A DNA stretch of 64,000 nucleotides, from NCBI GenBank assembly GCA_965218425.1, contig OZ244621.1, forward strand, positions 2,624,001 to 2,688,000. The letters run 5' to 3'. The position numbers and the translations under genes were made by a program. The DNA comes from an uncultured Candidatus Binatia bacterium. GTDB taxonomy: Bacteria; Desulfobacterota; Binatia; UBA9968; CAXXLF01. Shown piece after piece: positions 37,123 to 46,159 of this stretch (positions within the stretch are counted from its first letter, which is position 1; each line of letters begins with the position of its first letter). The notes under the pieces were generated by a model. It saw only the letters and a program-made list of their open reading frames with translations. It was not told the origin of the DNA and made no database searches.

Positions 37123-38442
37123 ATGATAAAATTTTCAATGGTGCGCATAATACTACCAATGATTGAGCATCGAAGCATAACCCGGGTGCTAAATTACCAG
37201 TGGACCGTGGGCCTATTTTGCTTGCCGCTGGTCATTCTCTCAGCGATTCGCATACCAGCACAGCCATTTCCAACTCCCGTGGAGGTTGCCCCTGTGGTGA
37301 CCCAAACGGTGGAGGAAGAGGTCTCCTTCATCGCAACCCTCGAGCCCAATATTACCACCACGGCGGGTGCTGTGGTTTCAGGACGAGTTATCAGAGCTGA
37401 GGTGCGGGAGGGGGATCGAGTGGAGAGGGGAAAAACCCTCCTCATGCAAATCGACCGTACCTCCAGAGAGATCGCGCTCAGGGAAGCGGAGGCGTCAGTG
37501 ACCAAGAATCGTGAAAAATGGCAGCGCTTGCGACGTGGCTATCGCCTGGAAGAAGTGGCACAGCGACGGGCCGAATCGGAGGAGCAAAAAGCCATCCTTT
37601 CTCGCACGGAGCAGGACTTCAAAAGGGGGGAGCGCCTTTACCGCGACGAGCTTGTTAGCCTCGCTGAACTTGAGCGTCTTCAAAGCGAGTACCTTGCAGC
37701 CAAGGAGAAGCATGGACGAACCCTGGCGGCCCTTCGGATGGCTGAAGCCGGCCCGAGGCGTGAAGAGATCGCGGAAGCAGAGGCCGAACTCAGGGAGGCT
37801 CAAGCCAGATACGACCTGATCGCCTATGAGCTCGACCGTACGACTCTACGTGCCCCACTCACAGGTTTTCTGGTTAGAAAATATGTAGAGGTGGGCACCT
37901 GGGTAAGCACGGGTGATCCCATTGCCGACCTGGTGGACTTGAATCCCGTTTATGCCAGCGGGCCGGTGGGAGAGCGCAAGATTAGCCTTCTCCAAAAGGG
38001 CCTTACTGCAACAGTGGCGGTGGATGCCCTTGCGGGACAGAGCTTTGAAGGAATGGTGACCCAGATCGTTCCCCGTGCGGATCCACGAAGCCGAACCTTT
38101 CCTGTGAAGGTCCGCATTTCCAATGAGAATGGACGGTTGAAGAGCGGCATGCTGGCACGAGTTACGGTGAAAGTGGGCAATGGACGTTCCGGCCTGCTGG
38201 TACCAAAAGATGCCCTAGTTCGTAGAGGGGTGGATGAAGTTGTATTTGTGGTGGAAGACGGGGTGGCGAGACAGGTAAAAGTGAAAACGGGGCGCGCCGT
38301 TCAACAATTGATGGAGATACACGACAGCGATCTTAAACCCGACCAGGAAGTGGTGGTCATCGGCAATGAATCACTTACCGGCGGGGCTAAGATTCGAAAG
38401 ATAGACCGAAAAGAACCAGGTCGAGCACCAAGGACTCAATGA
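37123..38442 (+). CDS. RND efflux periplasmic adaptor (membrane fusion protein)
   Basis: VSGRV...VREGDRV, long coiled-coil hairpin, LRAPLTG, ADPRSRTFPVKV, LKSGM, VPKDAL; true start may be further downstream. Confidence 0.9.
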   Translation: MIKFSMVRIILPMIEHRSITRVLNYQWTVGLFCLPLVILSAIRIPAQPFPTPVEVAPVVTQTVEEEVSFIATLEPNITTTAGAVVSGRVIRAEVREGDRVERGKTLLMQIDRTSREIALREAEASVTKNREKWQRLRRGYRLEEVAQRRAESEEQKAILSRTEQDFKRGERLYRDELVSLAELERLQSEYLAAKEKHGRTLAALRMAEAGPRREEIAEAEAELREAQARYDLIAYELDRTTLRAPLTGFLVRKYVEVGTWVSTGDPIADLVDLNPVYASGPVGERKISLLQKGLTATVAVDALAGQSFEGMVTQIVPRADPRSRTFPVKVRISNENGRLKSGMLARVTVKVGNGRSGLLVPKDALVRRGVDEVVFVVEDGVARQVKVKTGRAVQQLMEIHDSDLKPDQEVVVIGNESLTGGAKIRKIDRKEPGRAPRTQ

Positions 38443-41400
38443 AGCTCATCGATTTCTGCATTCGCTACCCCGTGACGGTGATGGTTGGGGTCTTGCTGTG
38501 TCTCCTTTTCGGAGTCATAGGGCTATCACGCCTGCCTGTTCAGCTAATTCCTGCGGTGGATCGTCCTGAGATCACAGTTGAGACAGAGTATCGCGGGGCC
38601 GCACCCCTGGAGGTGGAACGAGAGATCACCGATCGCATGGAGGAGAAGCTCAACGCCGTTGAGGGTCTCAAGGAGATGTCCTCCGTTTCCATCGAGGGCA
38701 AGTCCACTGTGATCCTGAAATTTGATTGGGGGACCAACAAGGACATTGCCCGGCTGGGGGTCTCCGAAAAACTTGACCTGGTTACAGAATTGCCTCCAGA
38801 TGCAGAGGAATCGCAGGTCCGCGCGGTCAACACCGATGAAGAAAGTCCCATCGCCTGGATTATTGTCGAAACCACTCGTGACCTCAACGAGGTGTGGGAG
38901 GAAGTGAAAGACATTATCGTCCCACGGATTGAGCGGGTCAGCGGTGTGGGTGCGGTTTGGCGATTTGGAGGGCAGGATCGCGAGGTCCATGTGACCCTGG
39001 ACCCCCGGGCAATGGCTGCAAGGGAGGTCACCATCGGTGAGGTACGCCAGGCGATCCTGAGGGAGAACAGGAATATTAAGGGTGGTGATCTGAGTGAAGG
39101 GAAGAGCCGCCATATGGTTCGCACCCTGGGTCAGTTCACTGATATCTCCCAGATCGGCGGTGTCATCGTGCGTCAAGACCGGAACCGGCCGGTCTATATC
39201 CGGGATATCGCCACTGTGACCTTTGGCAATGAGGACCGGGATTTCGCAGTGCGCATCAACGGCCGGCCGGCCATCGGCATGGGAGTACTTCGCCGCTCAG
39301 GGGCCAACACCGTGGAGGTCATGAAGGGGCTCAAAGCAGAGCTCAACTATCTTGCTGAAGGTATATATAAGGGCAAAGGGATTCATCTTCGCATGGTGTA
39401 TGACGAGACGGAGTATATCAACGACTCTCTGGATCTCGTAATCAACAACATCTATTACGCTGCCCTTCTGGCGGTTGTGGTTCTCCTCCTATTCCTCCGC
39501 AGTTTCTCGAGCATCCTCGTCATTTCTGTGGCAATACCGGTTTCCGTAGTCACCACATTCGTATTTCTGAGCGGTCTCGACCGTACGCTTAACATCATCA
39601 CCCTTGCCGGCTTGGCGTTTGCCACGGGCATGGTGGTGGACAACGCCGTCGTGGTATTGGAGAACATCTTCCGCCATCGTGAAATGGGCAAGGACCGATT
39701 CCAGGCGGCCTTTGACGGTGCAAAGGAAGTCTGGGGGGCCGTGTTGGCCTCCACGTTGACCACAGTGGCGGTCTTCGTCCCCGTCCTGTTCGTGCGCCAG
39801 GAGGCCGGTCAGCTTTTCCGTGATATTGCCATTGCCGTCTCCGTTGCCGTGGCGCTGTCGTTGGTAGCCGCCCTCACCGTGGTCCCCATGCTCTGCGCAC
39901 GGGTCCTCTCGGCGCGCGCGCGTTTTCCCATAGCACCGATCCAGCGCATGTTTGATCTGTTGGACCGGGTAGGCGGAGTTTTCAGTGCTGGCATTGTGGG
40001 TCTCCTTGCCTGGCTCCATCATAGCTTTTTACGACGCGTGACAGTGATCTGGGTCATCGTCCTCGGATCTCTCACCGTGGCCTACCTGTTCGCGCCGCCC
40101 CTGGACTACCTGCCGAAGGGGAATCGCAATCTGATCTTTGTCGTGGTGAACACGCCCCCTGGCTTCAGCGTGGGACAAAAAGAAGAGATTATTACGACTT
40201 TGGAATCGCGCTTTCTCGGCATACCAGAGGTTGCCCGGCTCTTTGCAGTGGTGCGGATCGAGGACCCCATCATGGGGGCCATCGTCAAGCGGGAGGATGC
40301 CGACCTGAAGGGGATGCGTCGTGTTGTCGATGAAATGCGGCGCCGTGCCCAGGGAATCCCTGGCACCCAGGGCGTCTTCATTACCCAGTCTTCACTATTT
40401 AGGCAGCGCAGGGCGTTCTTTGGTGGTACCAACATAGATCTGGATGTGCGTGGAGATGAACTGGGGGTCATCCGAAACATTGCCGAAAGGCTACGTGAGC
40501 AAGTCGCAGGCGTCCGGGCGGTGAACTTTGTCAGCTCGACCTTCGAATGGGGAAATCCAGAGATTCAAGTGGTGGTGGACCGTGAACGGGTGGCTGCCCT
40601 TGGGCTCGGTGTCACCGAAATTGGTGAAGTGGTTGAGACCATGGTGGAGGGGACGTTGGCAGGGGATTATCGTGAAGGGGGTAAGGAGATCGACATCGTT
40701 CTCAAAGGGCCGGACCTCGAGCTAACCCGGACCCAAGACCTGGGTCAAGTGGTTTTATCGGACCGCTCGGGACGGTTAGTTCAACTTTCAGACATCGCAG
40801 CCATCAAACCGGGAACCGGACCCACAAAGGTCGATCATGTGGACATGGACCGAGCCATTAAGCTTACGGTCAATATAAGTGAGGGTATTCCACTGGAGCG
40901 AGCGGTAGGCCTCATCGAAGGGGCCGCGGTGGGCCGGGCACGGCAGGCGCTTCCCCTGGGCTATTCCATCGACGTCAGCGGTCAGGCCCGCAGCCTCGCT
41001 GAAGCTTGGAATTCCCTAAGGTGGTCCTTTCTCTTGGCCATCATCGTTATCTACCTTCTCATGTGTTCGCTCTTTGAGTCCTGGAGCCTACCCTTCATTA
41101 TTATGTTCAGTGTACCCCTGGCCATGACCGGCGGTATTGTTGCGGTGAGCCTCGCCCATGCCACCGAGCCGAGCATCAAGATGGACACAGTGACAATGCT
41201 GGGGTTCATCATCCTGGCTGGCATCGTGGTCAACAATGCCATTCTGATCGTGCACCAGACCCTGAATTTCATGGGAGAGGGTGCCCCTAGGCAGGAGGCT
41301 TTACTGAAAAGCGTAAGGAGCCGGATCCGACCCATCTTCATGACTAGCACAACGACGATATTTGCCATGCTACCCTTGGTGGTTTCCCGGGGAGCAGGTT

Positions 41401-41597
41401 CGGAGCTCTACCGGGGTTTGGGCTCGGCGGTGCTGGGAGGGTTGGCCTTCTCCACGCTGTTCACCCTGATCCTGATCCCGACCCTTTACTCCTTGTGGCT
41501 TGACATTCGGTTTCCCGCACGACAAAAGGTTCCTCAAACGGTTCCTGAACAGGAAGGCAAGTCCGCCGTGGCCCCAGGGGTCGCAGGAGGAGAATAG
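38439..41597 (+). CDS. RND efflux permease (AcrB/AcrD/AcrF family)
   Basis: 1052 aa; GMVVDNAVVVLENI, STLTT, GIVVNNAIL, RIRPIFMT; 4-nt ATGA overlap with the adaptor gene. Confidence 0.93.
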   Translation: MKLIDFCIRYPVTVMVGVLLCLLFGVIGLSRLPVQLIPAVDRPEITVETEYRGAAPLEVEREITDRMEEKLNAVEGLKEMSSVSIEGKSTVILKFDWGTNKDIARLGVSEKLDLVTELPPDAEESQVRAVNTDEESPIAWIIVETTRDLNEVWEEVKDIIVPRIERVSGVGAVWRFGGQDREVHVTLDPRAMAAREVTIGEVRQAILRENRNIKGGDLSEGKSRHMVRTLGQFTDISQIGGVIVRQDRNRPVYIRDIATVTFGNEDRDFAVRINGRPAIGMGVLRRSGANTVEVMKGLKAELNYLAEGIYKGKGIHLRMVYDETEYINDSLDLVINNIYYAALLAVVVLLLFLRSFSSILVISVAIPVSVVTTFVFLSGLDRTLNIITLAGLAFATGMVVDNAVVVLENIFRHREMGKDRFQAAFDGAKEVWGAVLASTLTTVAVFVPVLFVRQEAGQLFRDIAIAVSVAVALSLVAALTVVPMLCARVLSARARFPIAPIQRMFDLLDRVGGVFSAGIVGLLAWLHHSFLRRVTVIWVIVLGSLTVAYLFAPPLDYLPKGNRNLIFVVVNTPPGFSVGQKEEIITTLESRFLGIPEVARLFAVVRIEDPIMGAIVKREDADLKGMRRVVDEMRRRAQGIPGTQGVFITQSSLFRQRRAFFGGTNIDLDVRGDELGVIRNIAERLREQVAGVRAVNFVSSTFEWGNPEIQVVVDRERVAALGLGVTEIGEVVETMVEGTLAGDYREGGKEIDIVLKGPDLELTRTQDLGQVVLSDRSGRLVQLSDIAAIKPGTGPTKVDHVDMDRAIKLTVNISEGIPLERAVGLIEGAAVGRARQALPLGYSIDVSGQARSLAEAWNSLRWSFLLAIIVIYLLMCSLFESWSLPFIIMFSVPLAMTGGIVAVSLAHATEPSIKMDTVTMLGFIILAGIVVNNAILIVHQTLNFMGEGAPRQEALLKSVRSRIRPIFMTSTTTIFAMLPLVVSRGAGSELYRGLGSAVLGGLAFSTLFTLILIPTLYSLWLDIRFPARQKVPQTVPEQEGKSAVAPGVAGGE

Positions 41598-41599
41598 TT

Positions 41600-42853
41600 A
41601 TGGGACAAGTGAACGCAGAGATTGTGGCCATCGGCTCCGAGCTATTGTTGGGTCAAATTGTCGATACCAATTCGGCTTGGATGGCCCAGCGCCTGAGCGC
41701 CCTGGGCATCAACCTGTTTTACAAGACCATCGTGGGCGATAATCCTGGACGAATGAAGGAAGTGATTGGCCGGGCGTTGGAACGGTCCCATGTGGTGATC
41801 ACCAGCGGAGGACTTGGTCCTACTCAGGACGACCTCACTCGAGAGATTGTTGCGGAGGTGGCAGGTAGAAAACTGGTGCTCAGCCGTGAATTACAAGATC
41901 AGGTGGAAAACCGGTTCCGCCGTCGCGGCCTCACCATGACCCCTAACAATGAGCGGCAGGCCTACATGCCCGAGGGGGCAATTGCAGTGGAGAACCCCAA
42001 TGGCACAGCTCCCTCATTTATCGTTGAAGATCCTCGCGGGGTAATCTTTTCACTCCCGGGAGTTCCCTGGGAGCTCAAGTGGCTGTTCGACAACGAAGTG
42101 GTTCCTTATCTGCGCAAGAAATTTGATCTGTCTGAAGTGATCACCTACAAAGTACTGAAGGTAGCCGATATGGGAGAGAGCAGCGTCGATGACCGTATCG
42201 GCCATCTCATTGCGAACTCCAGCAACCCGACGGTGGGTGTCCTGGCGCATCCAGGCCAGGTGGACGTGCGAATCACGGCCAAGGCAGCCAATAACGATGA
42301 AGCCATGAAACTGATCGTTCCATTGGAAGGGGAGGTTCGTAAGCTCCTGGGACGCCATGTCTTTGCCAGCGACGATGAAACCATGGAAGACGCTGTGGGT
42401 AGGCTGCTGAGGGAAAAGAACGTTACCATCGCCGTATATGAAGACCTCACCGGAGGCTTGGTGGCCGAGCGGTTGCAACAGGCCGGTGCCGAGCACTTTG
42501 TGGAAGGGGTCATTGGGGCAGGCGTAGGCTCTGTTCGACGTATTCTAGCCTCCTCGCGCCAACCGCAACGAGTGGATGAGCTATTGACACAGCCAACTCA
42601 ACTAACCGACGAGCTTGCCTGGGCCGTTCGCGCCCAGGCGCAGTGTCACCTTGGCTTGGCCCTGCACGCGGTAGCCGACCCCTCAGACAAGGCGGAGAAC
42701 ATGGCCAAAGGTCAGACATTCATTTCCGTCACCGACGGCAAGGGTTTTAAGAATCGGACCACCAACATGGCAGGCCGGGGGCGTCCGGACCGAACACGCA
42801 TGAGTCAGAACGCAATGGGACTGGTTCGGTTGGCGCTTCTGGAGGGAATGTAG
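41600..42853 (+). CDS. cinA: CinA-family protein (MoCF/ADPR-pyrophosphatase domain plus degenerate PncC domain)
   Basis: EIVAIGSELLLGQIVDTNS, VGDN, SGGLGPTQDDLT, NERQA, GTAP, LPGVP.E; C-terminal AVYEDLTGG in place of AESCTGG. Confidence 0.85.
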   Translation: MGQVNAEIVAIGSELLLGQIVDTNSAWMAQRLSALGINLFYKTIVGDNPGRMKEVIGRALERSHVVITSGGLGPTQDDLTREIVAEVAGRKLVLSRELQDQVENRFRRRGLTMTPNNERQAYMPEGAIAVENPNGTAPSFIVEDPRGVIFSLPGVPWELKWLFDNEVVPYLRKKFDLSEVITYKVLKVADMGESSVDDRIGHLIANSSNPTVGVLAHPGQVDVRITAKAANNDEAMKLIVPLEGEVRKLLGRHVFASDDETMEDAVGRLLREKNVTIAVYEDLTGGLVAERLQQAGAEHFVEGVIGAGVGSVRRILASSRQPQRVDELLTQPTQLTDELAWAVRAQAQCHLGLALHAVADPSDKAENMAKGQTFISVTDGKGFKNRTTNMAGRGRPDRTRMSQNAMGLVRLALLEGM

Positions 42854-42866
42854 TTCTATTAGCGTG

Positions 42867-43256
42867 TCACCTGCCTCGAAAGCGGGTGAGAGCCCGGCGA
42901 TCCTTTTTGGATGGGCGACCTTTTATGTGGGGAGATTTCCACTCGTGAGCCCTTATTTCGGAGGCGGCCTCCTTACGATGGAGCTTGCTTTCTTGCGTTT
43001 CCTCGTACAGCAGTATGGCCACGCTTGCGGGTCCCCGTTTTGCGGAAACAGCTCGTACCACCACGGTCCATTCATAGGAGCCCCTCCGAATGGTGAGTTG
43101 GTCGCCGCTGTTAATCTCCCTGGCAGGTTTCGTGCGTGCGCCGTTCAGGTGCACCTTGCCTCCTGAAACCGCTTCGATGGCCAAGGATCGTGTCTTGAAA
43201 AAGCGCGCCGCCCAGAGCCACTTGTCGAGTCTTACTTTCTCCCCGTTTTCTTGCAT
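42867..43256 (-). CDS. hslR: Ribosome-associated heat shock protein Hsp15 (S4 domain)
   Basis: VRLDKWLWAARFFKTRSLA, KRGPA..A..LYEET, GRPSKKDRR. Confidence 0.95.
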   Translation of the reverse strand: MQENGEKVRLDKWLWAARFFKTRSLAIEAVSGGKVHLNGARTKPAREINSGDQLTIRRGSYEWTVVVRAVSAKRGPASVAILLYEETQESKLHRKEAASEIRAHEWKSPHIKGRPSKKDRRALTRFRGR

Positions 43257-43366
43257 GGTGATTGATTCACGATACCAGAATTTGTCGGAGCCTTAAATAT
43301 AAAGTGCTTTATTGAGAACCGCATAATATAGTAACATTGGATAAGAACTTAATGTATAGTGGTGGT

Positions 43367-43870
43367 ATGGGAAACCCACTTGGAGTGCGACGGGACTTTG
43401 AAGCATTGGAGCGACGGCGGATGGAGGCGGGGAGGCTGTTGAAGCGAGGGCTGTCGGAGGCGGAGGTGGCGCGTTGGGTGGGAGTGCACCGCCAGTCGGT
43501 GAATCGATGGGCGCGGCAGTTGGCCGAGAGCGGCAGAGCCGGGCTCAAGCAGGCGGGGCGTGCCGGACGCAAGCCGCGACTGAGCCCGGCGGATCTGAAG
43601 AAGATCGAGGGCGGTTTGAAACGGGGACCCGAAGCGCTGGGGTACGACACGAGCCTGTGGACCGCAAGGCGAGTGGCCCACTTGATTGGGGAAGCCTGCG
43701 GAGTCACATACCATCCGGGCCATGTTTGGCGGATATTGCGGCAGTTGGGGTGGAGTTGCCAGCGGCCGACGGGACGTGCCTTGGAACGAGATGAAGAGGC
43801 GATCCGGCAGTGGAAGAAGAAGCGCTGGCCGGAGATTAAAAAAAAGCCCGAAACGAGGGGCGAACCATAG
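43367..43870 (+). CDS. IS630 transposase, N-terminal HTH part (orfA)
   Basis: AEVARWVGVHRQSVNRW, GRKPRL, LWTARRV, YHPGHVWRILRQLGWS.QRP..RA.ERDE. Confidence 0.88.
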   Translation: MGNPLGVRRDFEALERRRMEAGRLLKRGLSEAEVARWVGVHRQSVNRWARQLAESGRAGLKQAGRAGRKPRLSPADLKKIEGGLKRGPEALGYDTSLWTARRVAHLIGEACGVTYHPGHVWRILRQLGWSCQRPTGRALERDEEAIRQWKKKRWPEIKKKPETRGEP

Positions 43871-44376
43871 TGTTCGTGGACGAAAGCGGGCTGAGCGAGC
43901 GGCCGAATCGGTATCGTACGTGGTCGCCCCGAGGACAGACGCCAGTGCTGCAATATCACTTCAACTGGAAGAGTCTGTCGGCCATCGCCGGAGTCACCTG
44001 GTGGCGCTTGTACTTTCGAGTGTATCCGGGAGCCATCAAGAGCCCCCAGATCATCGAATTCCTGAAGCACTTGATGCGTCATGTTTCCGGGCCGCTGCTG
44101 GTAGTGTGGGACGGACTGCCCAGCCACCGGAGCCGGTTGGTTCGGGACTTTGTTGCCGCTACCGAAGGCGCGTTGGTGCTGGAACGGTTGCCGGCCTATG
44201 CACCGGAACTGAATCCCGTCGAATACCTCTGGGGATACTGGAAGCATCATGAACTGCCCAACTTCTGTGCCAAGGACTTCGCTCAACTCAGCCACCATGC
44301 TCGTCGCGCCCTTTGCCGAATGCGCCGCAGGCCTCGTCTCGTTACCGCCTTCTGGAAACAGTCCAGCCTTTTCTGA
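43840..44376 (+). CDS. IS630 transposase, DDE part (orfB), reached by -1 frameshift
   Basis: -1 frame KKARNEGRTIVFVDES...VVWDG..SH...LPAYAPELNPVEYLW; A8 run at 43838-43845. Confidence 0.88.
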   Translation, partial: KKARNEGRTIVFVDESGLSERPNRYRTWSPRGQTPVLQYHFNWKSLSAIAGVTWWRLYFRVYPGAIKSPQIIEFLKHLMRHVSGPLLVVWDGLPSHRSRLVRDFVAATEGALVLERLPAYAPELNPVEYLWGYWKHHELPNFCAKDFAQLSHHARRALCRMRRRPRLVTAFWKQSSLF

Positions 44377-44691
44377 TGTCATTATATTATACGAGGATCA
44401 ATAATAGACCATTTACAGCTCCGACTCACGCGGACAATGTTTGTACATTCTCAATTCCTGTTGCTTTTGGCTTCGGTGACTTTCTTCGCTCCACGGGACT
44501 CCCGCACCCCGAACCGCAATTCGACGCAGGGGAGGGAGACGTAAGGCCACGGGCATCGAACGTTCAGCTTCAGATATTCACTGGCCTGTTGCCCGCGGCT
44601 GCAGGCTCGCTCCCCGAGGAGAATTGCGCAAACACAGAGCAGGTCCCTGAGCCTCTTCTTGTCCGCAAATCGCCCTACAAACAGATAGAAG

Positions 44692-44719
44692 TTGACATAA
44701 AGTTGCAAGATCACATACT
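44692..44719 (+). promoter_or_regulatory. Sigma70-like promoter for tcuAB
   Basis: TTGACA-N16-CATACT. Confidence 0.45.
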
Positions 44720-44737
44720 CTCTGGTTTTGGTTGCTC

Positions 44738-46159
44738 ATGAGTTCACCGGTAAAACAGAATTCTGCCATTCCATCCGGAGAATTTGACGTGCTGGTTGCG
44801 GGAGGAGGAAACGCCGCACTCTGCGCCGCCATCACAGCGCGGCTGGCGGGTGCGAGGGTCCTCCTCCTGGAAAGTGCTCCCGAACATCTTCGCGGCGGCA
44901 ATAGCCGGCACACACGAAACCTTCGCTATATGCACAATCGTGGAAACGACGTCCTCACCGGCGCCTATGCAGAGGAGGAGTTCTGGAACGATCTACTGCG
45001 GGTGACGGGGGGCGAGACAAACGAGGAGCTCGCGCGTCTCACCATTCGAGAGTCGGAGGATCTGGGTGAGTGGATGGTCGAGCACGGCGTTCGGTTTCAA
45101 CCATCCCTCAGGGGGACACTTCAATTATCACGCACCAATGCCTTTTTTCTTGGCGGTGGAAAAGCTCTGGTCAATGCCTATTACAAAACCGCTCAGAGCC
45201 TGGGGGTGGAAATATTTTACGAGTCCGAGGTATGTGATCTAAAAATCCAGGACGGGCTTTTCCAGTCGGCAGTGGTGAAATCCAATGGAAATTCCACGGA
45301 AGTGAGCGCGAAGGCACTGGTGGCGGCGTCCGGAGGATTCGAGGCAAACATCCCTTGGTTGAAGGAATACTGGGGCGAGGCGGCGGAAAATTTTGTGATT
45401 CGCGGCACACCGTACAATCGAGGCGGGTTACTGCGCGAGTTGCTCAACCATGGCGCATGCCCGGTGGGTAAGCCACGGGAGTTTCATGCCATCGCATTGG
45501 ACGCCAGGGCGCCCAAATTCGACGGGGGTATTGTGACCCGGTTGGATTGCATTCCTTTCGGCATCGTCGTTAATAAATTCGCTCAGCGTTTTTACGATGA
45601 GGGGGAAGACTTCTGGCCCAAGCGCTACGCCATCTGGGGAGGACTCATTGCACATCAACCGGACCAGATCGCCTATTGCATCGTCGATGCCAGGTGCATG
45701 GAGCTGTTTTTACCCTCGGTCTTTCCGCCGATTGAGGCGGCTTCCATTCTAGAGCTGGCCGTGAAGCTGGAGTTGGACGCTTCCGCGTTAGAAAAAACCG
45801 TAGTTGCCTTCAACGGGGCCGTTGAGTCTGGGAGCTTCAACCCCTCAAGCCTGGATGACTGCCGGACCAATCGGCTGGACCCTCCTAAATCCCACTGGGC
45901 TCGTACTATCGTAGAACCGCCGTTCTATGCCTATCCCCTTCGTCCCGGGATCACCTTCACTTATCTTGGGGTCTCCGTGGGTGAGCGGGCGCAGGTGTTA
46001 TTAAAAGATGGACAACCCACCAGAAATATTTTTGCCGCCGGCGAGATCATGGCGGGTAACATACTAGGGCGAGGATACCTCGCCGGATTTGGTATGACCA
46101 TCGGCAGCGTGTTCGGGCGAATCGCCGGAAGGGAGGCCGCACGACATGCCCTCGCCTGA
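44738..46159 (+). CDS. tcuA: FAD-dependent tricarballylate dehydrogenase
   Basis: DVLVAGGGNAALCAA, RGGNSRHTRN, RTNAFFLGGGKAL, DARAPKFDGGIVTRLD, FWPKRYAIWG, PGITFTYLG, GEIMAGNILG. Confidence 0.93.
   Translation: MSSPVKQNSAIPSGEFDVLVAGGGNAALCAAITARLAGARVLLLESAPEHLRGGNSRHTRNLRYMHNRGNDVLTGAYAEEEFWNDLLRVTGGETNEELARLTIRESEDLGEWMVEHGVRFQPSLRGTLQLSRTNAFFLGGGKALVNAYYKTAQSLGVEIFYESEVCDLKIQDGLFQSAVVKSNGNSTEVSAKALVAASGGFEANIPWLKEYWGEAAENFVIRGTPYNRGGLLRELLNHGACPVGKPREFHAIALDARAPKFDGGIVTRLDCIPFGIVVNKFAQRFYDEGEDFWPKRYAIWGGLIAHQPDQIAYCIVDARCMELFLPSVFPPIEAASILELAVKLELDASALEKTVVAFNGAVESGSFNPSSLDDCRTNRLDPPKSHWARTIVEPPFYAYPLRPGITFTYLGVSVGERAQVLLKDGQPTRNIFAAGEIMAGNILGRGYLAGFGMTIGSVFGRIAGREAARHALA

Larger units (their letters stand above)
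43312..44401 (+). mobile_element. IS630-family insertion sequence (~1.09 kb)
   Basis: Ends TATTGAGAACCGCATAATATAGTAACAT (43310-43337) vs reverse-complemented TATTGATCCTCGTATAATATAATGACAT (44376-44403) match at 21/28; flanking TA dinucleotides; two-ORF transposase. Confidence 0.9.

Noticed and set aside
43309..44382. 357-aa antisense ORF spanning the IS630
   Set aside because: Shadow of the transposase frames; no recognisable protein features.
44404..44714. Short ORFs between the IS630 and tcuA (CPWP, TusA-like?)
   Set aside because: Only a chance-level motif match, and the region overlaps the tcuA promoter.
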